64,000 bases of DNA. Origin: the human T2T-CHM13v2.0 reference genome, Homo sapiens. Positions 41,213 through 54,300 of the stretch are shown one piece after another (position 1 is the stretch's first letter; every line of letters begins with the position of its first letter). Made by a program: the position numbers and the translations under genes. The notes beneath the pieces were generated by a model. It saw only the letters and a program-made list of their open reading frames with translations, did no database searches and had not been told where the DNA came from. Location: NCBI RefSeq assembly GCF_009914755.1, contig NC_060942.1; one strand, written 5' to 3'.

Positions 41213-41398
41213 GTTATATAGTTTGGTTTATCATTGACAAATAATATGGAACAAAAAGTTACAATTTATACATATATATGTGTATATATACATAGATATT
41301 TATATATATGTATACATATATGTATATATACACATATATGTATAAATTGTAACTTTTTATTCCATATTATTTGTCAATGATAAACCAAACTATATAAC
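41213..41398. repeat. Near-perfect inverted repeat, arms 82/80 bp
   Basis: 41213-41294 vs reverse complement of 41319-41398: one mismatch and one 2-bp TA indel. Confidence 0.97.
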
Positions 41399-41519
41399 AT
41401 ATATATACAAAATATATATGTATTTATGTATACATATATATGTATACATATATATACACATACATATATATTCAGTTATTTGATTTGGAATTATCATTGA
41501 GAAGATAAAGGTTAATTTA

Positions 41520-41814
41520 TTTATTCATTCTACAAATACTTATTGTGTACCTACTGATAAGATCTGGAGGATAAGGCTAGTGAACAAAACAGAACATTCA
41601 ATGTCCATATGGAAATTACAGACAAAATATAATTGAATAAATAAAAAATAAAATATTAATTTAGATTAAAAGTTGCTTTAAAGAAAAATGAATCAAGAAA
41701 AAGAGATGCAGACAGACGAAGAAACTATTTACATATGATGTAACATAAATCCTTTCTGAGAAGATAATAATTTAATAATGGCCTGAATGAAATAATAGTA
41801 AGAATAGGAGAGAC

Positions 41815-41845
<31 letters not shown>

Positions 41846-42350
41846 GACAGAGAGAGTGCAAAGGCCCAAAGTTAGGAAAATTCTTGTTTTAGGAAAGGCA
41901 AGGACATTCTATTACAACTGGGGAGGAATGACAGAACAGAAAGTGATTAAAAAAGAAAAAAAAAAAAAGCACTAGCAAAGTGCTACACCATAAAACTATA
42001 GTGAAGATTTTGGATTTCATTCTATTTGTCATGAAAAACCACTAGAGATTACCAACAGGGAATAGCATTCTTAATATAATTTTTTAAAAAATCACTATGG
42101 AAGTAATAAGAGAAAAAAAAAAATTTCCAGGAGGGAACTATTACAACAAGGAGTCCACAGTAGGCTGATGCTGAATTCTAAGGAACAGTGATGGTGTCTT
42201 AAACTAGGGGAAGTAGAGGTACAGGTGAATAGGCTTGGATGGAGTTAAGATACAGCTTTAAGATGGAGATGCAAGCATTTGCTGGTATATTAGAAGTGTC
42301 CTTCAAGAAAATTAAAAATTGAGAGTATCTTTCAGATTTCTGGCCTGCAC
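41520..42350 (-). mobile_element. L2 remnant
   Basis: ATTCATTCTACAAATACTTATTGTGTACCTACT...GTGAACAAAACAGA...GTGCAAAGGCCC...TTTGGATTTCATTCT. Confidence 0.75.
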
Positions 42351-42482
42351 ACCCAAGAAAAATTAATTCTAAAAATGTTCTAATCGATGATAAACTATAG
42401 CATCATGAATAGCTATTAAGTAAGGCCAGTTGCTCTGGTTTGAATGTGTCCCCCACAACTTACGTGTTGAAAACAGAATTGT

Positions 42483-42849
<367 letters not shown>

Positions 42850-42852
42850 TCA

Positions 42853-45122
42853 TGATATGGGTTGGCTGTGTCCCAACCCAAATCTCATCTTGAACTGTAG
42901 TTCCCATAAGCCTCACTCACATGACGTGGGAGGGACCCTTTGGGACATAATGGAATCATGGGGGTGGTTACTTCCATGCTGTTCTCATGATACTGAGTGA
43001 TTTCTCACAAGATCTGATGGTTTTTAAGGGTCTTTTCCCCCACTTCACTCTGCATTTCTCCCGGCTGCTGTCATAGGAAGAAGGATGTGTTTGCTTCCCC
43101 TTCTGCCATGTTTGTATGTTTCCTGAGACCTCCCAGCCTTGCTGAACTGTGAGTCAATTAAACCTCTTTCCTTTATAAATTACCCATCTCTGGCATGTCT
43201 TTATTAGCAGCGTGAGAACAGAATGATACAGTAAATTGCTACTGGTAGAATGGGGTGCTACTGTAAAGATACCCAAAAATGTGGAAGTGACTTTGGAACT
43301 GTGTAGCAGGCAGATTGGAACAATTTGAAAGGCTCAGAGGAAGACAGGACAATGTTGGAAAGTTTGTTACTTCCCAGAGACTTGTTGAATGGCTTTGACC
43401 AAAATGGTGATAGTGAAATGGACAATAAAGTCCAGGCTGAGGTGGTCTCAGACGGAGATGAGGAACTTGTTGGGAACTGGAGCAAAGCTGACTCTTGTTA
43501 TGCTTTAGCAAAGAAACTGGTGGCATTTTGTTCCTGTCATAATGATGTGTGGAACTTTGAACTTGAGGGGGTGGTTTGGAATTGGAACTTATGTTTAAAA
43601 TGGAAGCAGAGCATAAAAGTTTGGAAAATATGCAGCCTGACAATGCAATAAAAAATAAAAACCCATTTTCTGGGGAGAAATTCAAGCCCACTGCAAAAAT
43701 TTGCATAAGTAATGAGGAGCTGAATGTTAATCACCAAGACAATGGGGAAAAAGTCTTCAAGGCATGTCAGAGATATTCATGGCAGACCATCCCATCACAG
43801 GCTGGGAGTCCTAGGAGGGAAAAATAGTTTCCTGGGCCAGGTCCAGGGTTCCTGCTCTATGCAGTCTCAGGACATGGTGCCCTGTGTCCCAGGTGCTTCT
43901 ACTCTAGCTGTGACTAAAAAGGGGCCAAGGTACAGCTCATTCCATGACTTCAGAGGGTGCAAGCCCCAAGCCTTGGCAGCTTACAGGTGGTGTTGGTCCT
44001 ATGGGTGTGCAGAATACAAGAATTGAGGTTTGGGAACCTCCATCTAGATTTCAGAGGATGTATGGAAACATCTGGATGTCCAGGCAGAAGTTTGCTGCAG
44101 GGGTGGAATTCTCACAGATAGCCCCTGCTAGGACACTGTGGAAGGGAAATGTGGGGTTGGAGACCCCACAAAGAGTCCCCACTGGGGCATTGTCTAGTGG
44201 AGCTATGAGAAGAGGGCCACCATCCTCCAGACCCCAGAATGGTAGATCAACAGACAGCTTGCACAGTGTGCCTGGAAAAGCCACAGACACTCAACGTCAG
44301 CCTGCAAAAGCAGCTGAGAGGGGGGCTATACCCTGCAAAGCCACACGACAGAGCTGCCCAAGGGCATGGAAGCCCACCTTTTGCATCAGAGTGACCTGGA
44401 TGTCAAACATGGAGTCAAAGTAGATAATTTTGGAACTTTAAGGTTTAATGACAGCCCTATTGGATTTCAGACTTGCATGGGGCCTATAGCATCTTTATTT
44501 AGTTCAATTTCCCTCTTTTGAAGAGGTGCATTTACCCAGTGCCTGTGATCCCATTGTGTTTAGGAAGTAACTAATTTGCTTTTTTATTTTACAGGATTAT
44601 AGGCAGAAGGGACTTGCCTTGTCTCAGATGAGACTGTGGACTTGGACTTTTGAGCTAATGCTGAAATGAGTTAAGACTTTGAGGGACTGTTGCAAGGGCA
44701 TGATTGTATTTTGAATTGTGAGGACATGAGATTTGGGAGGCACCAGGCATGGAATGATATGGTTTGTCTGTGTCTTCATCCAAATCTCATCTTGAACTAT
44801 AGTACCCATAATCCCCACATTCAATGTGAGGGACCTGATGGGAGATAATTGAATCATGGGGTTGGTTACCTCCATGCTGTTCTCATGATAGTGAGTGAGT
44901 TCTCATTAGATCTGATGGTTTTATAAGGGGCTTTTCCCTCTTTGCTCTGTACTTCTCCTTGCTGCTGCCATGTGAAGAAGGACATGTTTGCTTCCCCTTC
45001 CACCATGACTGTAAGGTTCCTGAGGCCTCCCCAGCCATGCTGAACTATGAGTCATAGTTTCCTTTATAAATTAACCAGTCTTGGGTATGACTTTATTAGT
45101 AATGTGAGAACAGACTAATACA
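42853..45122 (+). mobile_element. Full-length THE1C/D MaLR retrotransposon (LTR 42853-43230, internal 43231-44754, LTR 44755-45122)
   Basis: Two TGATATGG...ATACA LTRs, THE1-internal sequence with broken ORFs, perfect 5-bp TSD AGTCA. Confidence 0.95.
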
Positions 45123-46587
45123 AGTCATGAGGGCCTTAATGATTGGATTAATGCCATTATCACAGGAGTGAATTTGTTCTTATGGGAGGGAGTTATTTCC
45201 CACAAGAGCAGGTTATTATTAAAGCAATCTCAGCCTATCTCTTTTGCATGTGCTCAATTGCCTTTCCACTGTTTACCAAATTAGGAAATAGTACCAAAGC
45301 CTTTGCCAGAGGCTGCTACCATGTCCTCATACTGCCCAGCCTCCAGAATCATGAGCCAAATAAACTTCTTCTATTTCTAAATTACCCAATCACAAGTATT
45401 CTGTTATAGCAACAGAAAATAAACTAGGACACCAGAGAATACATAAACCTTAATTCTATCAAGGAAAAACAAACTAACAAACAAACAAAAAAGCCCTGTT
45501 TTACAATAACCATCAGTCTCCAATTTATGAAAATATTAAATCTCACCCATCATAATGAATGCTGGATTATGTTAGCTATATTGGATAAGTGTATTACAAT
45601 CTATTTAAAAATCTTGTTTTTAAGTAAAATTGACTCATTACCATTTTTATATATGCCAACTCTCATTTTTCACTGAATTCATGTGTATAAAAAGCAGTAA
45701 TACTTTTTATTTGGTGATCTGTCAAGATGTGTTTCACCTCAAAAAGCCATCTCTAATATGTCTGGACAGTATGGTTGTGTATGTTCATATATCGATATGT
45801 ACATATTTATACACAGTCATACATCTATAAATACTGTACTGTCTGTGGCTTATTTTATGAAAGGACTAAAATATAGTAGTAAGAAGCCTAAGGTTAAGAG
45901 TTTGAAACTCTTGTGAGGTTTGTTTAACCTCTTTATATTCATGAACTCTTGTCCAAAGACCTCATTTTTATCAGCCTTCAGTAAAACATGTCATTTCTAA
46001 AAATTAGTTTACAGCGTGAAAGAATGGCTGACCTTGGGCAAGCCTAGTCCATGAGGCTTTTTAAAGAGAACTCCCTGGATTTTATTGATAGAAGGATAGT
46101 CTTGGTATTAAAAGGTAACATTTTAAAAGTGTATGGCTTTGAATTCAAAGAGTGAGGAAATATAATTTATCAATCCTGGAACTTACCTCTTGTTTTTAAT
46201 TGTCTTATTTTAACCAAGTGCCACTTAATTGGCTTTCCTTAATTAAGTAGCTTACAGAATACTAACAACTTCTCAGACTGCATCAAATAAGTGCAAACAT
46301 TTATTATTTATAGTTTTTACAAGTACACTGAACTTGAGCTCTCTTAGATATAAAAAACTTTCCAAAGCAAGCCATTAAGTTTATTTAAAATAATTGATAC
46401 TAGAAGGATTATGCTTCCTATATCAAATGTTAAGAAAATATTAGTTTTTTATAGGATTGTTGAGCTAAAAATAATTTTATTTTACAATCTAATTTTCCAA
46501 AGTACATAATATAAATGCATCTATATGGTCCAGTTAGATTTTATACTTTTTTTCTCTCTAGATGTGGAAACTGAGGTTCTGTGAGTT

Positions 46588-46968
46588 ATCTATTTTATTT
46601 TATTTTCAATAGCTTTAGGGGTACAAGTGTTTTTTGATTACATGGATGATCTGTATAGTGGTGAAGTCTGGAATTTTAGTGTGCCTGTCACCCAAATAGT
46701 GTACATTGTACCCAACAGTTAGCTTTTCATTCCTCACCCTCTCCTATTCTCCCCACATCTGAGTTTCCAGTGTCTGTTATATCAGTCTCCATCCTTTGTT
46801 TCCCATAGCTTAGATTCCATTTATAAGTGAGAATGTGTGGTATTTGGTTTTCCATTCCTGAGTTACTGCACTTAGGATAATGGCCTCCAGTTCCATCCAA
46901 GTTGCTGCAAAAGGCATCATTTTGTTTATTTGTTTGTTTTGTTTGTTTTTAAAGGTCTTAGTAGTATT

Positions 46969-47002
<34 letters not shown>

Positions 47003-47863
47003 CCACATTTTCTTTATCCACCTATTGGCTGATGGGCTCTTAGGTGTATTCCATATCTTTGCAATTGTGAATTGTGCTGTATAAACATACACATGCAGGT
47101 GTGTTTTTTAAATAATGACTTATTTTCCTTTGGGTAGATATCCAGTAGTGGGATTGCTGATTGAATGGTAGATCTACATTTAGTTCTTTGAGAAATCTCC
47201 ATATTGTTTACCATAAAAGTTGTATTAATTTACATTCCTACTATCATTATGAGCATTCCTTTTTAAATATATTTGCACCAATATCCATTGTTTATTTACT
47301 TTTTAATAATGGCCATTCTGGCTGGGGTCTGGTAGTATCTCATTGTGGTTTTAAATTGCATTTCCCTGATGATTAGTGATGTTGAGGATTTTTTCATATA
47401 TTTGTTGGCCATTTTTATATCTTCATTAGAGAAATTTCTGTTCCTAGTTTGCCCATTCTTTAATGGGATTATTTGTTTTGTTCTTACTGATTTATTTGTG
47501 TAAATTTATTTGTGATTATTTTGTTCTTATAGATTCTGGATATTAGTCTTTCATGGAATGCTTAGTTTACAAATATTTTCTCCCATTCTTCAGGTTGTCT
47601 GCTTACTCTGTTGATTATTTCTTTTGCTGTGCAGAAGCTTTCTAGTTTAATTAAGTTCCATCTATTTATCTTTGTTTTTGTTACATTTGCTTTTGCATTC
47701 TTGGTCATAAGTTATTTGCCTAGGCCAATGTCCAGAAGAGTTTTTCCTAGGTTTTCTTCTAGAATTTTTATAGTTTCAGGTCTTAGATTTAAGTCTTTAA
47801 ATCATCTTGAGTTAATTTTTGTATATGGCGAGAGATAGGAATCCAGTTTCATTCTTCTATATG
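46588..47863 (-). mobile_element. 5'-truncated L1PB-like LINE (ORF2 C-terminus and 3'UTR) inserted in a MIR
   Basis: 16-bp TSD TGAGG(T/C)TCTGTGAGTT; ORF AIPLLDIYPKENKS...TCMCMFI resembles L1 ORF2; internal (TG)n at 46971-46999. Confidence 0.92.
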
Positions 47864-48765
47864 TGAGGCTCTGTGAGTTTAATTGCCTGTCTAAATTTAT
47901 ATAATAATTCAGTGGCCAAGTAAGCCCAGGTCTTTTGAGTACAATTTAAATAATCTTTTAAATATAGTGTTTCAAATAAATAAACAAGCAAACAAACACC
48001 AAGTATTCCCCTCCAACACAACAACTTACATTTTATCTGTTGAAAGAAACAACAAAAATTAAACAGATACAGATAAAAGAGTATATACAGATAGCTAATG
48101 GAGAGGAAAAATTGTAGTCAGCTTTTGGATACCTTTAAACAATTATCTTTCCAAAAAGAATCTTCATTTCCTTTGAAGTTTTCACATTCCTGACTACATA
48201 TTTTCCCTAGCATTGTTCTCCTTGCTTGATTAATTCACCTCATATATTGTATTTTGATCTTCCATGGATGAAAGGCAGTACTTATCTAATTAGTTAGTTT
48301 AACTATTGGATAACTATAAACTGTTATTTGTAGGACCTATTCTATGCTATTAAATATAATTTTACAAGACACAATTCAAAAACTTGATGATGATCTTCAG
48401 AGACTTTCATTTTTGTTGAGGTATAAGATGTGGCAAATAGACAACAGCTAAGGAACAATTAAAAGTATGTGCATGCACAATGATTAGATGGTAATGCAGG
48501 TATATTTAACAGAAAAACCTTTCAGAAAAAGGAGTAATTCATGAGAACAAACAGGGTCAGATGTCAATTAATGAACGAGAACTCATTTTAGTTAACTTTT
48601 GAAGTAAGCATGAGTAGGATTTTTACTGACATAAAGAGAGGGAGTAGAGGTTATTAAAACGGAAAGAGTCAGCATGAGAAAATATCAGAATAAGTGTGAA
48701 GTGTAGGAAATAAAGACAATCTACTTGTGGATTTTAGTTAAGGGTACATTTTGAAGAGGAAATGG

Positions 48766-49394
48766 TGAAATGGCTCTGTTGTCTGGGGAACCACCCAAGG
48801 TTCTTTGTCTCCTGCCAAGAAAATTAGTGACACGGACGCACATGTAGAATGGATCAAGGAGCAGAAAGTTTAACTGGCAAGAAAGAAGAGAACAGCTCCC
48901 CCATACTGGGGGAGGAGGGCTCCAAACAGAATAACCCCACTTGTAACAGAAAGCAGTAGGTTATATTGAGAGTCTTAAGGAGGTGGTGTCTGATTTACAT
49001 AGGGCCCAGGGGACTGGTTTGACCAGGTGTGTCATTCACATAGCCCATGAAAAGACTGAGTCTCCCAAGCTAACCCTTTATTATGCAAATGCGGCTTCTA
49101 CCTGGCTGTCTCCATGACACCTTCACATGTGGCCTCTACCTGGCCAGTGCCATGACACCCGCACACATGGTGACACAGAAAAGGGAGCCGGAATTGTCAT
49201 ATTGGGTACACCTGGCTCTTAGCCACCTGCATTTGGCTTGCATATCTATGCTTGCAGCTCTGGCTTTTCCAGCTGCTTTCTATTAGAAAATAAATGTTGT
49301 GGGGGCTGCTTTTTTATTAAAAGAAAAAGCCTTATTGTAGACTCTTTTACCCTTTCTAGCTCCCTAAAATAATTTCTTAATAACTCCTATAATA
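48766..49394 (-). mobile_element. ERV1 solo LTR (LTR9/MER61 group)
   Basis: 4-bp TSD ATGG; GTTGTCTGGGG, GGAGGTGGTGTCTGATTTACATAGGG, AATTTCTTAATAACTCCT. Confidence 0.85.
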
Positions 49395-49654
49395 ATGGGA
49401 CTTTTATACAGGTCTTATATGATCTCAAGAAACCAAAAGCCATCCAAACTTGTTCAGCAAACATTGGAGTTTCCTGAAAGAGTAGAGGATATTCTTTTAG
49501 AAACCAGAAGGAAAAACTAGTAACAATAAACTCTCAACCTGAGACTCTGAAAGTAGAAACATCATCTGAAATTGATTACAGTCCCAGTGATGATGACCAT
49601 GATGTTGATAATGGTATTGATAATGAATGTGACAATGATGATTATGGGGATTAT

Positions 49655-49790
49655 ACACATTTACCAAATGTTCTTATATGTCAAGCTCTTTATTAAGTAA
49701 TTTACAAACATTTTATTTACTTAAACCTTAGTAATAACCTTCTAATAATATATTATTTTTACCATTTTGTACAGAAGAAAACTGAAATTT
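49655..49790 (-). mobile_element. MIR
   Basis: ACATTTACC...TAATAACC...CCATTTTGTACAGAAGAAAACTGA. Confidence 0.6.
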
Positions 49791-49819
49791 TTCTAGAAAT
49801 TTAAAAAAATTCCAGTTTT

Positions 49820-51340
49820 TTAAATTTCTTTGTGAAGATCCAACTTCCCTTTTGCTATTATTTTCCTTCACCCTGAGGATTTTGTTTTGACATTACTTTT
49901 GGGTCAGTATGCTCTCACTACATTGCCTTAGTTTTCTTGTACCTAAAAATATTTAATTTTGCATTCATCTTTGAAGGTTAGTATTTTGAATATAGAATTT
50001 GTGGTTAAGTTTCTATTATTATTATTATTTCAGCACTTTAAATTAACGTTTCACTGCCTTCTAGTCTTCACAATTTCTGATGAGACATCTATGGTCATTT
50101 TAGTTTTTATTTCTTGTAGATAATGAATGTGTCATTTTCTTCCTAGTTATTTCAAAATTCAGTGTTAATATTTAGTTTTCAGTCATTTGACTATGTTGGC
50201 CCTAGGCATGGCTTTCTTTTTTTATTTATTCTGTTTGGATTTAACTAAACTTTTAAAATCTAAAAATTTATATCTATTACCTAATCTGGGAAATTTTAAG
50301 CAATTATTTTTTCAAATATTTTCTACCTTATTTTCACTTTCCTCTATTTCTGACATGCCAACTTCAATTATATGAGATATTTTTTATATTGTCTCACAGG
50401 CCCCTCAGGGTCTATTCATTTCTTTAGCCTTTTTAAAACCTCTTTCTTCAGATTTGATAATTTTTAATCTAACTTCAAGTTCACTGACAACTTCCTCTCT
50501 CATTTTAATTGACATTATTAAGCCCATTCAGACGATTTTCAATTTTATTTTTTCAGTTATAAGATTTTCATTTTTAGCAATATTTTTATTTTTATCTTGA
50601 GATTTGTTTTGTTTCATTCATTTCATTTTTATCATGATTTCTTCTTGTTTGATAAGTCTAATGTCATCTTATAGTTGCCTTCTGTTGATCATCTTTGTCC
50701 TTGAGAATAAGTGACATTTTCCTGTTTCTCGTGTTTTGGGAAACTGCAGATTATACCCTGGGTATTATGACTATTAGTCTGTGGAGACTCTGGATTCTAT
50801 TCTACTCCTCCAAAACAGGGGTGATTGACTTTTGTAAAGAAACTAACTTAGCTAAATTTGTAATATCTGACTCACTTAAAATGGGCAACTGAAAAAGCAG
50901 TTGAATTCATTTATCATCTGCAAGTTGCATTGAATTAGCTTTGTCATTTATAACATAGAGATTAACCAGATATATTGACAGAGTTTATATACAGACTTTG
51001 GGTCTCTGCTTTTCTGCTTCTTTTCTTTAAGATATTCCCAATATTTACTTTCTGGTAAATGCGTTGACCCTGGTTCTTCAGACCATAGACAATGGGTTTT
51101 CGGAGTCAGCCACTCCAGGCCACACTGCTCCATGACTAAGATTTGCCCTTCACTAAAGCTGTAACAATGTAAAACTCACTTCATACTGCTCTTTTCTTCA
51201 AAATTTAGGTAAACCAAATCAACCTGGTTTTTCTCATTCTTCAGAGATTTCAGGTAATTTGTTCCGTGTGTGTTGTTCAGAATTTATGGTCATTTGTGGT
51301 CTGTTAAGAGCTGAACCGTATTTAACCACATAGAAGCAGA
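49820..51340 (-). mobile_element. Old L1M remnant (ORF1/5' region)
   Basis: TTTCAGCACTTTAAA...CACTGCCTTCTAG...TTTCTGATGAGA; GGGAAATTTTAAGCAATTATT; CTTCAAGTTCACTGA. Confidence 0.75.
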
Positions 51341-54300
51341 ACCATATTTATCTCATATTTGTATCATATCTTATCCATTCCAGAGAAGTAATTATGTTTC
51401 CTCAGTGGCAGAAAATAAAATAAAATTAACTTGCTCAGCAAACATTCTTTCAAATCTATCATTTATCCTCAGAATTAGAGTTTTAAAAATTAACAAACAT
51501 AAATTAGCTTTCTTGGTCATTAATGTTTGTGATGTTCTGTGGTGGCCTCTTTCCTACAGCAGTTGATAAGGTCAGTTTTAAAAGATGGAAGTATTAAGAG
51601 AGAAAATCATGCATGAAAATAATTTTTTGTCATTTAAAAAGATACCCATTAAAATGTATCACAATATTTCCACTGTACAATTGGATATGTGATGAGGTTA
51701 GAATTCAGTGTTATTTATAGAAATATAATGAATGGAAAAAACTTTATCCAAAAATCAATAGAATGCAAATTATTTCATGAAAATACGTTGATAAAGGAGA
51801 GAGGTTTACACGTAACTTTAAGCATTTCTTTTAGGTAGTGTAAAAATAATATTCATTATAATGTAAGCTTTTGAGAGAAAATTAAGACTTTGATGAAAAA
51901 AATCCAAGATATTTGTTTTTTTAACAGTGATTTTGACCTGAGTTAGGAACATTCGAGAAGATGTGGCTTATAGGTAATGAAGTAGAATGCCAGCGTGTGA
52001 AGACTTTTGCCTGTGATGTTAAAACTGATTAATGTGAAGAAAATGCAATGCTTTTATCCATCATGAGCTTTGAGGGGGGAAAAAAGTTTTAGAGAAAAGT
52101 AAACAAGTAAAAACAAAGGATTAAATAGGAAAATGAAGAGTGCTGGCCTAGCATTTAGGGCATTTGATATCCTGTGGACTTCTAATTAATTAAGCAGGTT
52201 TACTTAAACAGTGGTCTTTGTGTCTCTGAGCTCTCACTTCCTTATTGAAAAATGAGCATTTTGAACCACATACATTAAAAGGGGGGAAATAAACTAAATC
52301 AAATTTATGCTGTAGCACTACCTACTCACAATTCTTTTCATGTACTTTAAAATATGGGCCTGGATATTTCTTTGCTTATTTTATCCTAATAACAAAAGCT
52401 TTTGTTTAAAAAAAGTATTGTTTTTCCCATATTATACAAGAAAATTTTGATACCAAAAATCTAAGTGATTCATTCAAGACCACCAATCGATAAAGAAATG
52501 AGTCTCATAAGGAGTTCATGAATTCTGAACACAATTTCCTGAGTTCCTTCTTCCACCTAGCTTTGCCTGTCCACTTCTATGCAAGGCAAAACCAGTAAGA
52601 ATGAAATCACAGACATTAAAAAATAACACTGAAAGGAAAGCTCAGATTTTCAAGCAGAGAAAATTTCTCCAGTCTTTAGGGAATTAGAATCACCCCAGCT
52701 TAATTTGATCCACAATCTCATGTATTTCTAGTTCATTAAAATATTATGGCAGGATTTCACATTGGCACCTTTCCCAAATGCATATATTACCATTTGTCAT
52801 TAGTTTATCTTTTCTTTCTTAGTCAATTCTTGGTTTAAATGGCTTTTTAAGAAATTCTGAATAGTTTTAAATTAATTTGCAAGCAAACATTTATGATATC
52901 CTATATCAAATGGTAAATTAAAAACTAAATATGTTCCATAGAGTTTCTCTTTCATAAGTTTATTTTGTAACCCTTAATCTGATACAATTTATGCTTTACA
53001 TATTCGTTCTCTTCCTTGCTCATAAGGCATTGTTTTCTCTGCTTCTCCTTCCCCATCCTCTGATACTTTGCTGCATTCTGTTAAAATAAATTAGATAGTG
53101 AATTCTTAATTTGTCAATTCTCAGGCTTTGAGTTCTTTCAAAATTGTGTTTAAAGATAAATTTATAAAATTTCTCTTTTATCCTAAGAGAAGCTGATTTG
53201 CAATTGATTCCACTGATATTCAAAAAGGTTGGCAGCCCTTCTTATTGTGAAGCCAGTACACAAGGGATATTTTAAAATAAATGAGATACCAGTTGACCAT
53301 TCTCGCATAGACCCACAAGTCTTTTAATAGTACTTTAATTGCTTTTTTACTACTGTAAACTAATAAATTAATGTATTTAGTATGGTCCATTGTCCTATTT
53401 TTTTTAAATTAAATAATTCTGAACAGGAGAATAGAAATGTTGCTTCTGATGTTCAGGCTTGATAAGTGTCCTGACAGCTTTCTTGCTGTCCAAGTTTGAA
53501 ACGACAGCTGTTTTATCAGAAATAGCTTCAGAATTCAGGGATTTTCTCTACTATCTGCCTAGTCACACTGTGCTCAATTGCCTACCCATCCTGACTCATC
53601 TTATTTTGTTTGCTACCTTTCGGGCTCATTATGTGAATTCCCCTCTGCCCAAACTTTCCTATTGATGACTCTCCTGGACTTGCTTTGTTTCTCTCTTTGG
53701 ATTTTTGCACTTGTGCCAGGAATTGAGTGATTCCCTGACATTGGCATGGTTCAGCAGATGTGCACACACACACAGGGCATAGATGTCATATTGAGTTTGA
53801 TGGTGGGATGGGGGTGGTAATGGGGTCAACAAGTCCAAGTCCAAATGCCTGAAATGAGGAATCAGAACAGAAACCTCCCCCCAGAGAAACAGGATCAAAG
53901 GAAGAAGGGGAAATGAAAGAGAAAAAAAAGAGAAAGAGAGAGGAAATGGGAGAAGAGTAAATGGAAAGAGGGATTTATGTTAAGCTTTGTTTTGTTTTGT
54001 TTTGTTTTTATCAGATTGGGAAGTGACCTGGCGAGTCCTAGAGATGATTTGAATAACTGATTCAATAAAATAACAGGTGATATTTACCTCTTGAGTAATC
54101 ACAGTTTCACAGTTTGCTTACTAGTTGTGATTTTGTTTTGAGAAGTGGCAAATTCTCAGAATATATTACAAGCACTGCTATTATCTGAAGACAAGTGTAA
54201 AGAATTCAATTTCAAATCTAAGTATTTAAATACAATTATCTGAAGTTTTATTATGTCTGAGACTTCATCTCTTTTATTAGTTGGAATGTTTAGAAAGTAA

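Noticed and set aside
43239-44423. Cluster of 75-159-aa ORFs
   Set aside because: Fragments of the decayed THE1 internal region, broken by stops and frameshifts
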